Positions 40,872-50,061 of a DNA stretch of 64,000 nt are shown here, piece after piece; the first letter of the stretch is position 1; each line of letters begins with the position of its first letter. The DNA is taken from assembly GCA_030690165.1 (NCBI GenBank), contig JAUYHF010000014.1, positions 34,257 through 98,256 on the forward strand, in the 5' to 3' direction. Under the pieces are notes generated by a model that was given only the letters and a program-made list of their open reading frames with translations, made no database searches and was not told the origin of the DNA. The stretch comes from Deltaproteobacteria bacterium (GTDB lineage: Bacteria; Desulfobacterota; GWC2-55-46; UBA9637). Position numbers and translations under genes: made by a program.

Positions 40872-41801
40872 ATGGCCCGTAAGAAAATAACCATTGTTGG
40901 CGCAGGCAATGTTGGCGCCCATGCCGCTGTATGGGCGGCGATAAAAGAGCTCGGCGATATTGTCTTAATAGATGTTGTGGCGGGTGTGCCGCAGGGCAAA
41001 GGACTTGACTTAACGGAGGCATCGCCTGTTGAGGGTTTTGACTCAAGGATCCTGGGGACTAATGATTACAAGGATACAGCAAATTCGGATATTGTAATCA
41101 TTACAGCAGGCATGGCAAGAAAACCCGGGATGAGCAGGAGCGATTTAATAAATACAAACACAGGGATTGTGAAAGGTGTTACGGAGCAGATTGCCAAGCA
41201 TTCTCCAAATGCCATTATAATAGTTGTTACAAACCCGCTTGATGTCATGGTCTATGTTGCATGGAAGGTGAGCGGTTTCCCGCATAACAGGGTTATCGGT
41301 CTTTCAGGCGCGCTTGATGCAGCAAGGCTTAAGACATTTATTGCCATGGAGCTGAATGTATCTGTTGAAGATATAAGCGCAATGGTTATCGGCGGCCATG
41401 CGGATGAGATGGTACCGCTTCCGAGATACTCCACTGTTTCAGGTATTCCAATCGGCCAGTTAATCTCAAAAAACAGGATTGATGCCATAATGGAAAGGAC
41501 AAAGAAGGCAGGTAGTGAAATAGTTGGACTATTAAAGACAGGGAGCGCATTCTATGCGCCCTCTGCAGCTGTTATAGAGATGGCAGAATCCATAATAAGG
41601 GATAAGAAGAGGGTAATCCCCTGCGCAGCGTACTGCAACGGCAAATACGGCGTGAACGGCATATTTATTGGCGTTCCTGTGAAACTGGGAAGCGACGGCG
41701 TTGAGGATATTATTGAGATTGAACTGAGTAAAGAGGAATGGACTCAATTTGGCAATTCAGTTTCAGTGATTAAGAAATTGATTGAGGAAATAAAGATATA
41801 A
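40872..41801 (+). CDS. mdh: Malate dehydrogenase (LDH-like family)
   Basis: [16 protein letters not shown] Rossmann fold, catalytic region ...NPLDVMV...[18 protein letters not shown] at 40863-40868. Confidence 0.85.
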   Translation: MARKKITIVGAGNVGAHAAVWAAIKELGDIVLIDVVAGVPQGKGLDLTEASPVEGFDSRILGTNDYKDTANSDIVIITAGMARKPGMSRSDLINTNTGIVKGVTEQIAKHSPNAIIIVVTNPLDVMVYVAWKVSGFPHNRVIGLSGALDAARLKTFIAMELNVSVEDISAMVIGGHADEMVPLPRYSTVSGIPIGQLISKNRIDAIMERTKKAGSEIVGLLKTGSAFYAPSAAVIEMAESIIRDKKRVIPCAAYCNGKYGVNGIFIGVPVKLGSDGVEDIIEIELSKEEWTQFGNSVSVIKKLIEEIKI

Positions 41802-41818
41802 CCCCTGTCTTAAATATT

Positions 41819-42655
41819 ATGCGAAAAATCTCTACGCTCGATATAACTTCAAAAGTTAAAGAACTTTGCATAAAGGCTGCGTGTGAACTTGGCATGGATG
41901 TTGTGTTTGCATTGAAAGAATTCAAGGGAAGGGAGGAATCTCCTTTGGGCAAAGAGGTGCTTGACCAGATTCTTGAAAATGCCCAGATTGCCCTGAGGGA
42001 AGATGCGCCCATGTGCCAGGATACGGGTATTGCAGTATTTTTTGTTGAAATGGGCAGGGATGCAATAATTGACGGCGGGTTGGAGGATGCAATAAACGAA
42101 GGAGTGCGGCAAGGATATAAAGAAGGTTATCTTAGAAAGTCTGTTTGCCATCCACTCACAAGGAAGAATACAGGGGATAATACACCTGCCATAATCCACA
42201 CGAGGATTGTAGAGGGTGACAGGCTCAAGATAACAATAGCGCCAAAGGGCGCAGGCAGTGAAAACATGAGCAGGCTTGCCATGCTCAAGCCGTCTCAGGG
42301 CTTGCAGGGTATAAAGGATTTTGTGATAAACACAGTGAAAGAGGCCGGTGGAAATCCATGTCCTCCGATTATTGTCGGTATCGGTATTGGCGGGAATTTT
42401 GAAAAAAGCGCACTTCTCGCAAAAGAGGCGCTTTTAAGAAATATCGGAACACCAAATCCTGAGAGGGAATTGGATGTCCTTGAAAAGGAATTATTGGAGA
42501 AGATAAATAATCTCGGCATAGGGCCGATGGGTTTTGGCGGAAGGACAACAGCCTTGGCAGTTCATATAAAAACAGCGCCATGCCATATTGCAAGCCTGCC
42601 TGTTGCAGTGAATATACAATGCCATGCGGCAAGGCATAAGGAGGCAGTAATATAA
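41819..42655 (+). CDS. fumA: Class I (Fe-S) fumarate hydratase, alpha subunit (tartrate/fumarate hydro-lyase family)
   Basis: 278-aa N-terminal catalytic half of the two-subunit Fe-S hydro-lyases, with a cysteine-containing motif (CQDTGIAVFF). Confidence 0.75.
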   Translation: MRKISTLDITSKVKELCIKAACELGMDVVFALKEFKGREESPLGKEVLDQILENAQIALREDAPMCQDTGIAVFFVEMGRDAIIDGGLEDAINEGVRQGYKEGYLRKSVCHPLTRKNTGDNTPAIIHTRIVEGDRLKITIAPKGAGSENMSRLAMLKPSQGLQGIKDFVINTVKEAGGNPCPPIIVGIGIGGNFEKSALLAKEALLRNIGTPNPERELDVLEKELLEKINNLGIGPMGFGGRTTALAVHIKTAPCHIASLPVAVNIQCHAARHKEAVI

Positions 42656-42754
42656 AAAATTGTAAATTGAAGATTGCAAATTGCAAAGTTAAAAGAACTG
42701 CGCAATTTACAATTTGCATTTTTCAATCTTCATTTTGCAATGGAGCAAGGCGAC
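42656..42754. repeat. Copy 3 of the ~95-bp TTGCAAA-based palindromic element, docked at the fumarate hydratase beta start codon
   Basis: aaaaaattgtaaattgaagattgcaaattgcaaagttaaaagaactgcgcaatttacaatttgcatttttcaatcttcattttgcaatggagcaaggcgac followed directly by the ATG. Confidence 0.75.
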
Positions 42755-43315
42755 ATGACTCACCCAATCAAAATAACCCCGCCCCTTACTGATAAGGATG
42801 TAGAAAAACTTAAGTCAGGGGATAAAGTCTTGATAACCGGTGTTCTTTACACTGCAAGGGATGCCGCGCACAAGAGGCTTATAGAGCTTTTAGATAAGGG
42901 CGAAAAGCTCCCTTTTGATATAAAAGGACAGTTAATCTATTATGTGGGGCCTACACCGGCAAAACCAGGGCAGGTCATAGGCTCTGTAGGACCTACAACA
43001 AGCGGAAGGATGGATGTATATACACCTAAACTTTTAGAACTTGGGTTAAAAGGGACAATCGGCAAGGGACAACGTTCGGCAGAGGTAGTTGATGCGATGA
43101 ATAAGCACAAGGCTGTTTATCTTGCGGCAGTGGGCGGTGCAGCAGCGCTGATTGCAAAGACCATTAAAAAGGCGGAGATTATTGCGTACGAGGATTTGGG
43201 GCCGGAGGCGATCAGAAGGCTTGAGGTTGTAGATTTTCCGGCAATTGTTGTGAATGATATTTTCGGAAATGATTTGTTTAAGATTGGTGTTGAAAGGTAT
43301 AAGAAGGTCGAATAG
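42755..43315 (+). CDS. fumB: Class I fumarate hydratase, beta subunit
   Basis: 186 aa from MTHPIK... (GVLYTARDAAHKRL...GPTTSGRMD). The ORF-track start at 42674 lies inside the repeat. Confidence 0.75.
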   Translation: MTHPIKITPPLTDKDVEKLKSGDKVLITGVLYTARDAAHKRLIELLDKGEKLPFDIKGQLIYYVGPTPAKPGQVIGSVGPTTSGRMDVYTPKLLELGLKGTIGKGQRSAEVVDAMNKHKAVYLAAVGGAAALIAKTIKKAEIIAYEDLGPEAIRRLEVVDFPAIVVNDIFGNDLFKIGVERYKKVE

Positions 43316-43340
43316 TATAAAATTAACAAAAGGAGGATTT

Positions 43341-43934
43341 ATGCGCAAAGGTATAATATTTTGTCTTTTATTCGTAGTGTTGGTTCACCTGTCCGGAATT
43401 GCCTATGCCGCCCATGGGTTTGAAGTTGAATTTTCAGCAGATGTTATCGAAATATACTCAAAAGATCCGAGTAAGAATTTTAAAGGGACGATGTATGTCG
43501 GCAATGACATTATACGGAAGGATTTTTTCTATGATAACTTGCCGGCAGTGATGATTTTGGATCTTGTTAAACAAACTGCCACTATGCTGATGCCGTATGC
43601 AAAAACATATATTATGATGACGAAGAAGGATATGGAGGCTCTGTTTGGCCATGTCATAGGTCATTTACCTAATGCGTTATCTAACGGCCCATGTGCTGGA
43701 AGAAGTGATTTGATATGCCGGGAAATTGGCCAAGAAAAATTAGACGACAGAGATACTGAAAAATGGGAGGTCAAATCCCAGACAGGTGTTGTATATCAGT
43801 GGGTAGATCACAGGCTTAGGGTTACTATCCGAGAAGAATTCTCTGACCACATATATGAACTGCGCAATATTAAGGAAGGTCATCAGCCTGATAATCTGTT
43901 TCAGATCCCTGCTGGATATAAAAGGATACAGTAA
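43341..43934 (+). CDS. Secreted/periplasmic hypothetical protein with signal peptide
   Basis: MRKGIIFCLLFVVLVHLSGIAYAA signal sequence. AGGAGG RBS at 43331-43336. Confidence 0.5.
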   Translation: MRKGIIFCLLFVVLVHLSGIAYAAHGFEVEFSADVIEIYSKDPSKNFKGTMYVGNDIIRKDFFYDNLPAVMILDLVKQTATMLMPYAKTYIMMTKKDMEALFGHVIGHLPNALSNGPCAGRSDLICREIGQEKLDDRDTEKWEVKSQTGVVYQWVDHRLRVTIREEFSDHIYELRNIKEGHQPDNLFQIPAGYKRIQ

Positions 43935-43961
43935 CCTAAAACAAATCAGGGTACACATATT

Positions 43962-44369
43962 ATGCTCATAAAACTCGGAAAAGAAAACTTACAGAGTGAA
44001 CTTGTTAAGCTCGTAGAACGGATTAGCGGCGAGGAACTTGCCAACTGCTATCAGTGCGGCAACTGCACAGGCGGCTGTCCTGTATCTTATGCAATGGATT
44101 TTGGACCTAGAGAAATTATAAGACTCCTGCAATTGGGACAGGAGGAGGCTGTGCAAAAGGCCAACTCCATGTGGCTCTGTGTTGGATGTTTGCAATGTTA
44201 TTGCAGATGCCCGAAAGGTGTAAGCGCCGCGAAGATATTAGAGGCGCTTCGGCAGATAACTTTAAGGAAAGGCAAAAGTCACGAAGAGATTAAAGAGGTT
44301 CCGTTGCCGTTTTTAAAAAATGCTCCGCAACAGGCTATTGTTTGCGGGTTTAGGAAGTTTGTAAGTTAG
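43962..44369 (+). CDS. hdrC: Heterodisulfide reductase subunit C-like (2x[4Fe-4S])
   Basis: Cys motifs CYQCGNCTGGCP and CVGCLQCYCRCP. Confidence 0.7.
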   Translation: MLIKLGKENLQSELVKLVERISGEELANCYQCGNCTGGCPVSYAMDFGPREIIRLLQLGQEEAVQKANSMWLCVGCLQCYCRCPKGVSAAKILEALRQITLRKGKSHEEIKEVPLPFLKNAPQQAIVCGFRKFVS

Positions 44370-44434
44370 TTTTCACCCTCCCCTTTGTCCCCTCCCGTCA
44401 AGGGAGGGGAGATTTCTTAAAGTTCCTCTCCCCT

Positions 44435-44469
44435 TGCGGGAGAGGGTTAGGGTGAGGGGGAAGTTTAGG
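44435..44469. repeat. GC-rich hairpin repeat (cctctccccttgcgggagagggttagggtgagggg), copy 1. Preceded by a second GC hairpin cccctcccgtcaagggagggg.
   Basis: Identical 35-mer at 48611-48645. 8-bp stem cctctccc/gggagagg with loop cttgc. Confidence 0.7.
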
Positions 44470-44480
44470 ATACAAAATCC

Positions 44481-45338
44481 ATGAAAATACCATATTATCC
44501 CGGTTGCACCTTAAATACCGTTGCCAAAGGTTTTGATATTTCGGCAAGAGAATCCGCTGTTCTTTTGGGTTTTGAACTCAAAGAACTAAATCAGTGGAAT
44601 TGCTGCGGCGCGACATTTCCTTTGACACCTGACAATATCATGGGCTTGACCGCGCCGACAAAGGTGCTTGTTAATGCAAAGAAAGAAGGGGACACGGTAA
44701 CAACTCTATGCTCCGTTTGCTACAATGTTTTAAAGCGCACAAACAAGGTGATAAGGGATGACAAGGAGAAGCGGGCAATAGTCAACGGTTTTATTGAAGA
44801 AGAATACGACGGCAGTTTGAATGTGATTCACTTTTTAGAGGTTTTGAGGGATAGGATAGGTTTTGATAATGTTAAGAGCGCTGTTAAGAGGCCGTTAAAA
44901 GGGGTTAAGGCAGGTACATATTATGGGTGTATGTTGCTCAGACCTTTTGAAGATATGGGCATAGACAATGCCGAAGCGCCGACAATATTTGAGGATTTGC
45001 TAAAGGCGCTTGGCTGCGAACCGGTGGAGTTTCCCAATAAGATAGAATGCTGCGGAGCGCATCTTGCAATGGGGAATGAGGATGTGGTCACAAAACTTTC
45101 CGGCAATGTTTTGAGTTCAGCAAAGAACAAAGGAGCAGAGATTATTGTGACGAGTTGTCCTCTGTGTCAGTATAATCTGGAAAAAAGTCAGCAAAGACTT
45201 GCAGAGGGTTCTGGAAATACACAAATGCCTATAGTTTATTTTACTCAGTTGCTTGGACTGGCGCTGGGTCAGGATGAGGGGAGTTTGGGGCTGGAGAAGA
45301 ATTTGTTTGATGTGAGACCGCTGTTGAAGGGGAAGTGA
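44481..45338 (+). CDS. hdrB: Heterodisulfide reductase subunit B-like (two CCG domains)
   Basis: CCG-domain motifs CCGATFP and CCGAHLA. Confidence 0.75.
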   Translation: MKIPYYPGCTLNTVAKGFDISARESAVLLGFELKELNQWNCCGATFPLTPDNIMGLTAPTKVLVNAKKEGDTVTTLCSVCYNVLKRTNKVIRDDKEKRAIVNGFIEEEYDGSLNVIHFLEVLRDRIGFDNVKSAVKRPLKGVKAGTYYGCMLLRPFEDMGIDNAEAPTIFEDLLKALGCEPVEFPNKIECCGAHLAMGNEDVVTKLSGNVLSSAKNKGAEIIVTSCPLCQYNLEKSQQRLAEGSGNTQMPIVYFTQLLGLALGQDEGSLGLEKNLFDVRPLLKGK

Positions 45339-45401
45339 GTTTATTTTAAGGATGAGCTTATGAACAAGCAAATCAAAAAGATACCTAAAGGAGGTAGTTA
45401 C

Positions 45402-46508
45402 ATGAGAAGGTTAATGGTTTTAGTTTTAATGTTTGTTGCAGGTGGGTTGCTTGCAGGAAATTCACTTGGTGTAACTAATGCCAAAACAATTAACGATGCC
45501 CATCAGGATACCATTGATTCTATTACTTTTAGTCCGGATGGTAAAATCCTGGCGTCAGGAAGTTACGATGAAGGCGAAACGAGAGGTCTTATCAATTTTT
45601 GGGATACAACAACGTGGAAGAAGATAAAGACTATTAATGGTTATAACAAAGTTTGTTTTAGTCCCAATGGAAAGACGCTGGCAGCATTATCCTCTGGCTT
45701 TGAGGATGCCTCAATTGCTCTCTTAGATGTTGCTACGGGTGATAAGATAAAGACCTTCTCTCCTAATATAAAAACCATCTCTTATAACCCTATTTCTGAA
45801 AGTTGCTCTATTGCTTTAAGTACAGATGGAAAATTGTTGGCAGCAGGTTGTACTCCCAGATGGAGTGAAGTTGGACATATATTGCTCTGGGATGTCAAAA
45901 CAGGAGATATGATAAAAGAACTCCAAGGACATGAGTTTGGTATTAATTCTATTGCTTTCAGTCCGGATGGAAAATTATTAGCATCAGGGGGATGGGGGTA
46001 TCATACTATAATCCTTTGGGATGTCAAAACAGGGGATAGAATAAAGGAACTCCATCGTAATCAGGATAACCATAGTCCGATTTACTCCGTTGCCTTCAGT
46101 CTGGATGGAAAATTGTTGGCAGCAGGAAGTGACGATTACAGTATTATTCTTTGGGATGTAGCAGCGGGAAAAAATATTAAAACTCTGAAAGGTCATTCTG
46201 GCAGTGTCAAATCAGTTGTCTTCAGCCCTGATGGAAAGATGTTAGCATCAGTGAGCAGCGATAAAACCATCGTATTATGGGATGTGGTAAAGAAGAACAA
46301 GATTAAGACAATAGGGGCTGGAAGGCCGGTTCATTCTATTATTTTTAGTCCTGATGGGAAATTGCTGGTATCAGGGGAAGGCGAATCATGGAGGGTTAGC
46401 GAAGAGAGTTTTACTACGCTTTCCATACGGGATTGGAGGTCAACCCCAAACTTTGAGGGGGTAAAGAGTAAGCAGAAGGGGGATGGAAAAGGAAGGAAAA
46501 AGAAATAA
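45402..46508 (+). CDS. Secreted WD40-repeat (beta-propeller) protein with lysine-rich C-terminal tail
   Basis: Signal peptide MRRLMVLVLMFVAGGLLAG. About 7 WD-like repeats (ILASGSYD..., LLASGGWGYHTIILWDV, LLAAGSDDYSIILWDV, MLASVSSDKTIVLWDV). Tail KGDGKGRKKK. AGGAGG RBS. Confidence 0.75.
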   Translation: MRRLMVLVLMFVAGGLLAGNSLGVTNAKTINDAHQDTIDSITFSPDGKILASGSYDEGETRGLINFWDTTTWKKIKTINGYNKVCFSPNGKTLAALSSGFEDASIALLDVATGDKIKTFSPNIKTISYNPISESCSIALSTDGKLLAAGCTPRWSEVGHILLWDVKTGDMIKELQGHEFGINSIAFSPDGKLLASGGWGYHTIILWDVKTGDRIKELHRNQDNHSPIYSVAFSLDGKLLAAGSDDYSIILWDVAAGKNIKTLKGHSGSVKSVVFSPDGKMLASVSSDKTIVLWDVVKKNKIKTIGAGRPVHSIIFSPDGKLLVSGEGESWRVSEESFTTLSIRDWRSTPNFEGVKSKQKGDGKGRKKK

Positions 46509-46610
46509 GAAGTTTGGTAGAGTTTATCTAAGTGGTATGTTGAGGATTTTTAGAGGAGTACAACGCAGTATAAAGCTATTTATTGCGTTTATGGTAAAAG
46601 GGAGTCTTTT

Positions 46611-48584
46611 ATGCCGCGTATAGGCGTATTCGTCTGCCAGTGCGGGACAAACATAGCATCCACTGTTGACACCAAAAAGGTCGCAGATGAGATGGCTAAA
46701 CTACCGGGTGTAGTTTACGCCGGTGATTATAAGTTTATGTGTTCTGCGCCTGGACAGGAAAATCTAAAAGAGATTGTAAAGAAGCATAAGCTTGACGGTG
46801 TTATCGTGTCCGCATGTTCTCCGCACATGCACGAGAAGACATTCAGAAAAGCATGTGAGTCTGCAGGATTAAATCCGTACAAGTGCGAGATAACAAATAT
46901 CCGCGAACAGTGCTCATGGGTGCACCATGATGCGACAAAGGCAGCAGGCACACTCAAGAGCATAGACTTAACCAGAATGACCATTGAGAGGCTCAAGAAA
47001 AGCAAAAACCTTTCAAAAATAAAGATACCTATAAAAAAGAAGGCGCTGGTCATCGGCGGCGGCATTGCAGGCATTCAAGCGGCGCTTGATATTGCAGAGG
47101 GCGGCAGGCAGGTGATTCTTGTTGAAAGAGAGCCGTCAATTGGCGGCAATATGGCGAAACTATCAGAGACATTCCCTACAATGGACTGCTCCCAGTGCAT
47201 CATGACGCCGAAGATGGTTGAGGCGTCGCTTCATGAGAATATAAAGATTATGACATGGAGCGCGGTTGAAAAGGTTGACGGTTATATAGGCAACTTTACT
47301 GTCCAGATAAGGAAAAAGGCAAGGTATGTAAATGAGGATTTATGCAACGGGTGCGGACTCTGTATTGAAAAATGTCCGTTCAAGGCAAAGAGTGAATTTG
47401 AGATGGGCATGGCACAGAGAAAGGTGGTTTACACGCCATTTCCACAGGCAGTTCCAAACATCCCTGTCATAGATGCGCAGAACTGCCCGAAGATACAAAA
47501 AGACAAGTGCGGGGCATGCGCCCTTGTTTGCGGACCAAAGGCGATTGACTATAAACAGCAGGATACCGTTATTACAGAAGAGATCGGCGCAATTATTGTT
47601 GCAACAGGATATGAGTTAATGCCGAATGAAAGATTCGGCGAATACGGTTATGGAAAGATCAAGGATGTTATAAGCGGGCTTCAGTTTGAAAGGCTTGCGT
47701 CCGCATCAGGGCCCACAGGCGGAGAAATCAGAAGGCCGTCAGACGGCAAAACGCCAAAGAATGTTGTGTTTATCCAGTGCGTTGGTTCAAGGGATGAGGC
47801 AAAAGGCGTCGCTTACTGCTCAAAGATATGCTGCATGTATACTGCAAAACACACAATGCTTTATAAGCACAAGGTGCATGATGGCCAGTCATATGTGTTT
47901 TACATGGACATAAGGGCGGGCGGAAAAAGGTATGAAGAATTTGTCAGGAGGGCGATTGAGCATGACGGCGCTATGTATTTAAGAGGCCGTGTTTCAAGGG
48001 TCTATGAAAAAGACGGAAAGGTGATTGTGCAGGGCGCGGATACACTTTCAGGCAATCAGGTGGAGATTGAGGCTGATATGGTTGTGTTGGCAACAGCAAT
48101 TGTATCAAGGACAGGCGCAGACACAGTGGCGCAGAAACTCGGCATAGGCTATGACAAACATAAATTTTACAATGAATATCATCCAAAGTTAAAACCAGTT
48201 GAGACTGTGACAGCAGGGATTTATCTGGCAGGCACATGTATGGGACCTATGGATATACCAGATTCTGTAACAATGGGAAGCGCTGCCGCAAGCAAGGTTC
48301 TGGCGCTCTTTTCCAACGACCAGATGGCAAGAGAACCTATAACTGCAAATGTCAACAAAGTAACATGCAATGCGTGCTGGGACTGTGTTGTTGCATGTCC
48401 ATATTCGGCAATAGAAAAAGATAACATAAAGAACAGAAAGGGCGAGATAATCAGGTGGCTTGCTAAGGTAAATGAAGGTGTTTGCCAGGGCTGCGGTGTA
48501 TGTGTTTGCGCATGCAGGAGCAAGGCCATTGACCTTCGCGGTTATACGGATGAGCAGGTTTATGCGGCGTTGGCGGCGTTTTAG
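46611..48584 (+). CDS. hdrA: Heterodisulfide reductase subunit A (FAD, multiple Fe-S)
   Basis: N-terminus MPRIGVFVCQCGTNIA, FAD-binding ALVIGGGIAGIQAA, and several ferredoxin Cys clusters (CNGCGLCIEKCP, CQGCGVCVCAC). Confidence 0.85.
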   Translation: MPRIGVFVCQCGTNIASTVDTKKVADEMAKLPGVVYAGDYKFMCSAPGQENLKEIVKKHKLDGVIVSACSPHMHEKTFRKACESAGLNPYKCEITNIREQCSWVHHDATKAAGTLKSIDLTRMTIERLKKSKNLSKIKIPIKKKALVIGGGIAGIQAALDIAEGGRQVILVEREPSIGGNMAKLSETFPTMDCSQCIMTPKMVEASLHENIKIMTWSAVEKVDGYIGNFTVQIRKKARYVNEDLCNGCGLCIEKCPFKAKSEFEMGMAQRKVVYTPFPQAVPNIPVIDAQNCPKIQKDKCGACALVCGPKAIDYKQQDTVITEEIGAIIVATGYELMPNERFGEYGYGKIKDVISGLQFERLASASGPTGGEIRRPSDGKTPKNVVFIQCVGSRDEAKGVAYCSKICCMYTAKHTMLYKHKVHDGQSYVFYMDIRAGGKRYEEFVRRAIEHDGAMYLRGRVSRVYEKDGKVIVQGADTLSGNQVEIEADMVVLATAIVSRTGADTVAQKLGIGYDKHKFYNEYHPKLKPVETVTAGIYLAGTCMGPMDIPDSVTMGSAAASKVLALFSNDQMAREPITANVNKVTCNACWDCVVACPYSAIEKDNIKNRKGEIIRWLAKVNEGVCQGCGVCVCACRSKAIDLRGYTDEQVYAALAAF

Positions 48585-48610
48585 GTGTTCATGCTGAAAA
48601 ATCCGAATTC

Positions 48611-48645
48611 CCTCTCCCCTTGCGGGAGAGGGTTAGGGTGAGGGG
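48611..48645. repeat. GC-rich hairpin repeat, copy 2 (identical 35-mer)
   Basis: cctctccccttgcgggagagggttagggtgagggg, immediately after the hdrA stop. Confidence 0.7.
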
Positions 48646-48649
48646 TTGG

Positions 48650-49015
48650 ATGAGGAAACCTTGGTTCGCAATAATCTGGTTTGCTTTTTGGGGAATTTTT
48701 CAGGCATATGCCGTTACTATGGTTTTACTTAGCAAATGGAAGAGACCGGAGGCATTTCCTGAAGAGGCATATAATGCGCTCATCTGGCCGGATATGGTTT
48801 TTATTCCGTTATATTTTTTGACAGCGGCTCTTTTATATAAAGGGAAAAGATTGGGTGAGATTTTAGGGGTGTTTTCAGGCGGCGCAGTCACTTATGTTAT
48901 GGTTTATCTCTTTGCATTATCAGGACTGCACGGCGCGGTGAATATGATTTTTGATGGTGCGTTTTTGGGGCTGAATATTGGCGCGACTTTGCAGATTATT
49001 AGCAGACTGATTTGA
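48650..49015 (+). CDS. Small hydrophobic membrane protein (about 4 TM), hypothetical
   Basis: 122 aa from MRKPWFAIIWFAFWGIF.... The upstream TTG start at 48620 overlaps the GC repeat. Confidence 0.45.
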   Translation: MRKPWFAIIWFAFWGIFQAYAVTMVLLSKWKRPEAFPEEAYNALIWPDMVFIPLYFLTAALLYKGKRLGEILGVFSGGAVTYVMVYLFALSGLHGAVNMIFDGAFLGLNIGATLQIISRLI

Positions 49016-49043
49016 AGTTGCGGGCAAAACAAGGCAGGTTAAC

Positions 49044-49556
49044 TTGAAGCAAAGAGAAAATACGACAAATATAATCCCACAGGAAATAATAGAAAATAAG
49101 ATATTCTTCATTAGAGGCAGGAAGGTAATGATTGATAGAGAGTTGGCAAGTCTTTATGGGGTAAAAACATCACAATTAACCCGTCAGGTTCGGAGGAATA
49201 TCAAAAGATTTCCCGATGATTTTATGTTCCATCTTACAGGAGAGGAGTTTACAAACTTGAAGTGCCATTTTGGCACATCAAGTTGGGGAGGCACCAGGAA
49301 ATTGCCATATGTTTTTACAGAAAACGGCGTTGCCATGCTTTCAAGCGTTTTGAATAGCGAAAGGGCGATGCAAGTTAATATCCAGATTATGAGAACATTT
49401 ACAAAAATCAGGGAAATGCTTTTAACACATAAAGAATTAAAACAAAAAGTAGAGGAAATGGAAAAGAAATACGACTACCAGTTTAAAATTGTTTTTGATG
49501 CTATAAAACAATTATTAGAGCTGCCGGAGAAGTCAAAGAAAAGGATAGGTTTTTAG
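49044..49556 (+). CDS. ORF6N-domain (KilA-N-like) protein, intact copy
   Basis: 170 aa with the ORF6N core ...IRGRKVMIDRELASLYGVKTSQLTRQVRRNIKRFPDDFMFHLT.... A paralog pseudogene lies at 31228-31922. Confidence 0.65.
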   Translation: MKQRENTTNIIPQEIIENKIFFIRGRKVMIDRELASLYGVKTSQLTRQVRRNIKRFPDDFMFHLTGEEFTNLKCHFGTSSWGGTRKLPYVFTENGVAMLSSVLNSERAMQVNIQIMRTFTKIREMLLTHKELKQKVEEMEKKYDYQFKIVFDAIKQLLELPEKSKKRIGF

Positions 49557-49587
49557 CAAGCAGGGTGAAAGGTTTAAGGATAAACAA

Positions 49588-50055
49588 ATGTCATCACAAA
49601 CACAACATGAACAAACAGGCGGTTTTGAGCCCCAGATAGTTGCCTTTGTCTGCAACTGGTGCACTTATGCAGGCGCTGATTTGGCAGGCACGAGCAGGAT
49701 GGAGTATAAGCCAAATGTGAGGATTATCAAACTCCCATGCACAGGACGCATTGACCCGCTTTTTATCATAAAGGCATTTGAAAAAGGCGCTGATGGTGTT
49801 TTGGTTTCAGGCTGTCATCCGGGAGACTGCCACTATACAACAGGCAACTATCATGCGCGGCGCAGATGGATTGCATTTAAGAGTCTTTTGGAATTTACCG
49901 GCATAGATATGAAACGGCTCCACTTCTCATGGGTCTCAGCATCCGAGGCTATCAAGTGGGTGGATTTGGTAAATAATATAACAGATGAGGTGAAAAAATT
50001 AGGGCCGTTTGTAGAGTATAAAAATTTAGGTGAAAGGTCAAAGGTGTTAGGTTAA
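49588..50055 (+). CDS. mvhD: MvhD/FlxD-type methyl-viologen-reducing hydrogenase delta-subunit-like protein
   Basis: Cys pattern FVCNWCTYAGADLAG...KLPCTGRID...GCHPGDCHY, typical of MvhD/FlpD. Confidence 0.75.
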   Translation: MSSQTQHEQTGGFEPQIVAFVCNWCTYAGADLAGTSRMEYKPNVRIIKLPCTGRIDPLFIIKAFEKGADGVLVSGCHPGDCHYTTGNYHARRRWIAFKSLLEFTGIDMKRLHFSWVSASEAIKWVDLVNNITDEVKKLGPFVEYKNLGERSKVLG

Positions 50056-50061
50056 AGACAG

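Noticed and set aside
43254-43340. Upstream ATG at 43254 for the secreted protein
   Set aside because: It overlaps the 3' end of the fumarate hydratase beta gene. The ATG at 43341 is preceded by a consensus AGGAGG and yields a canonical signal peptide.
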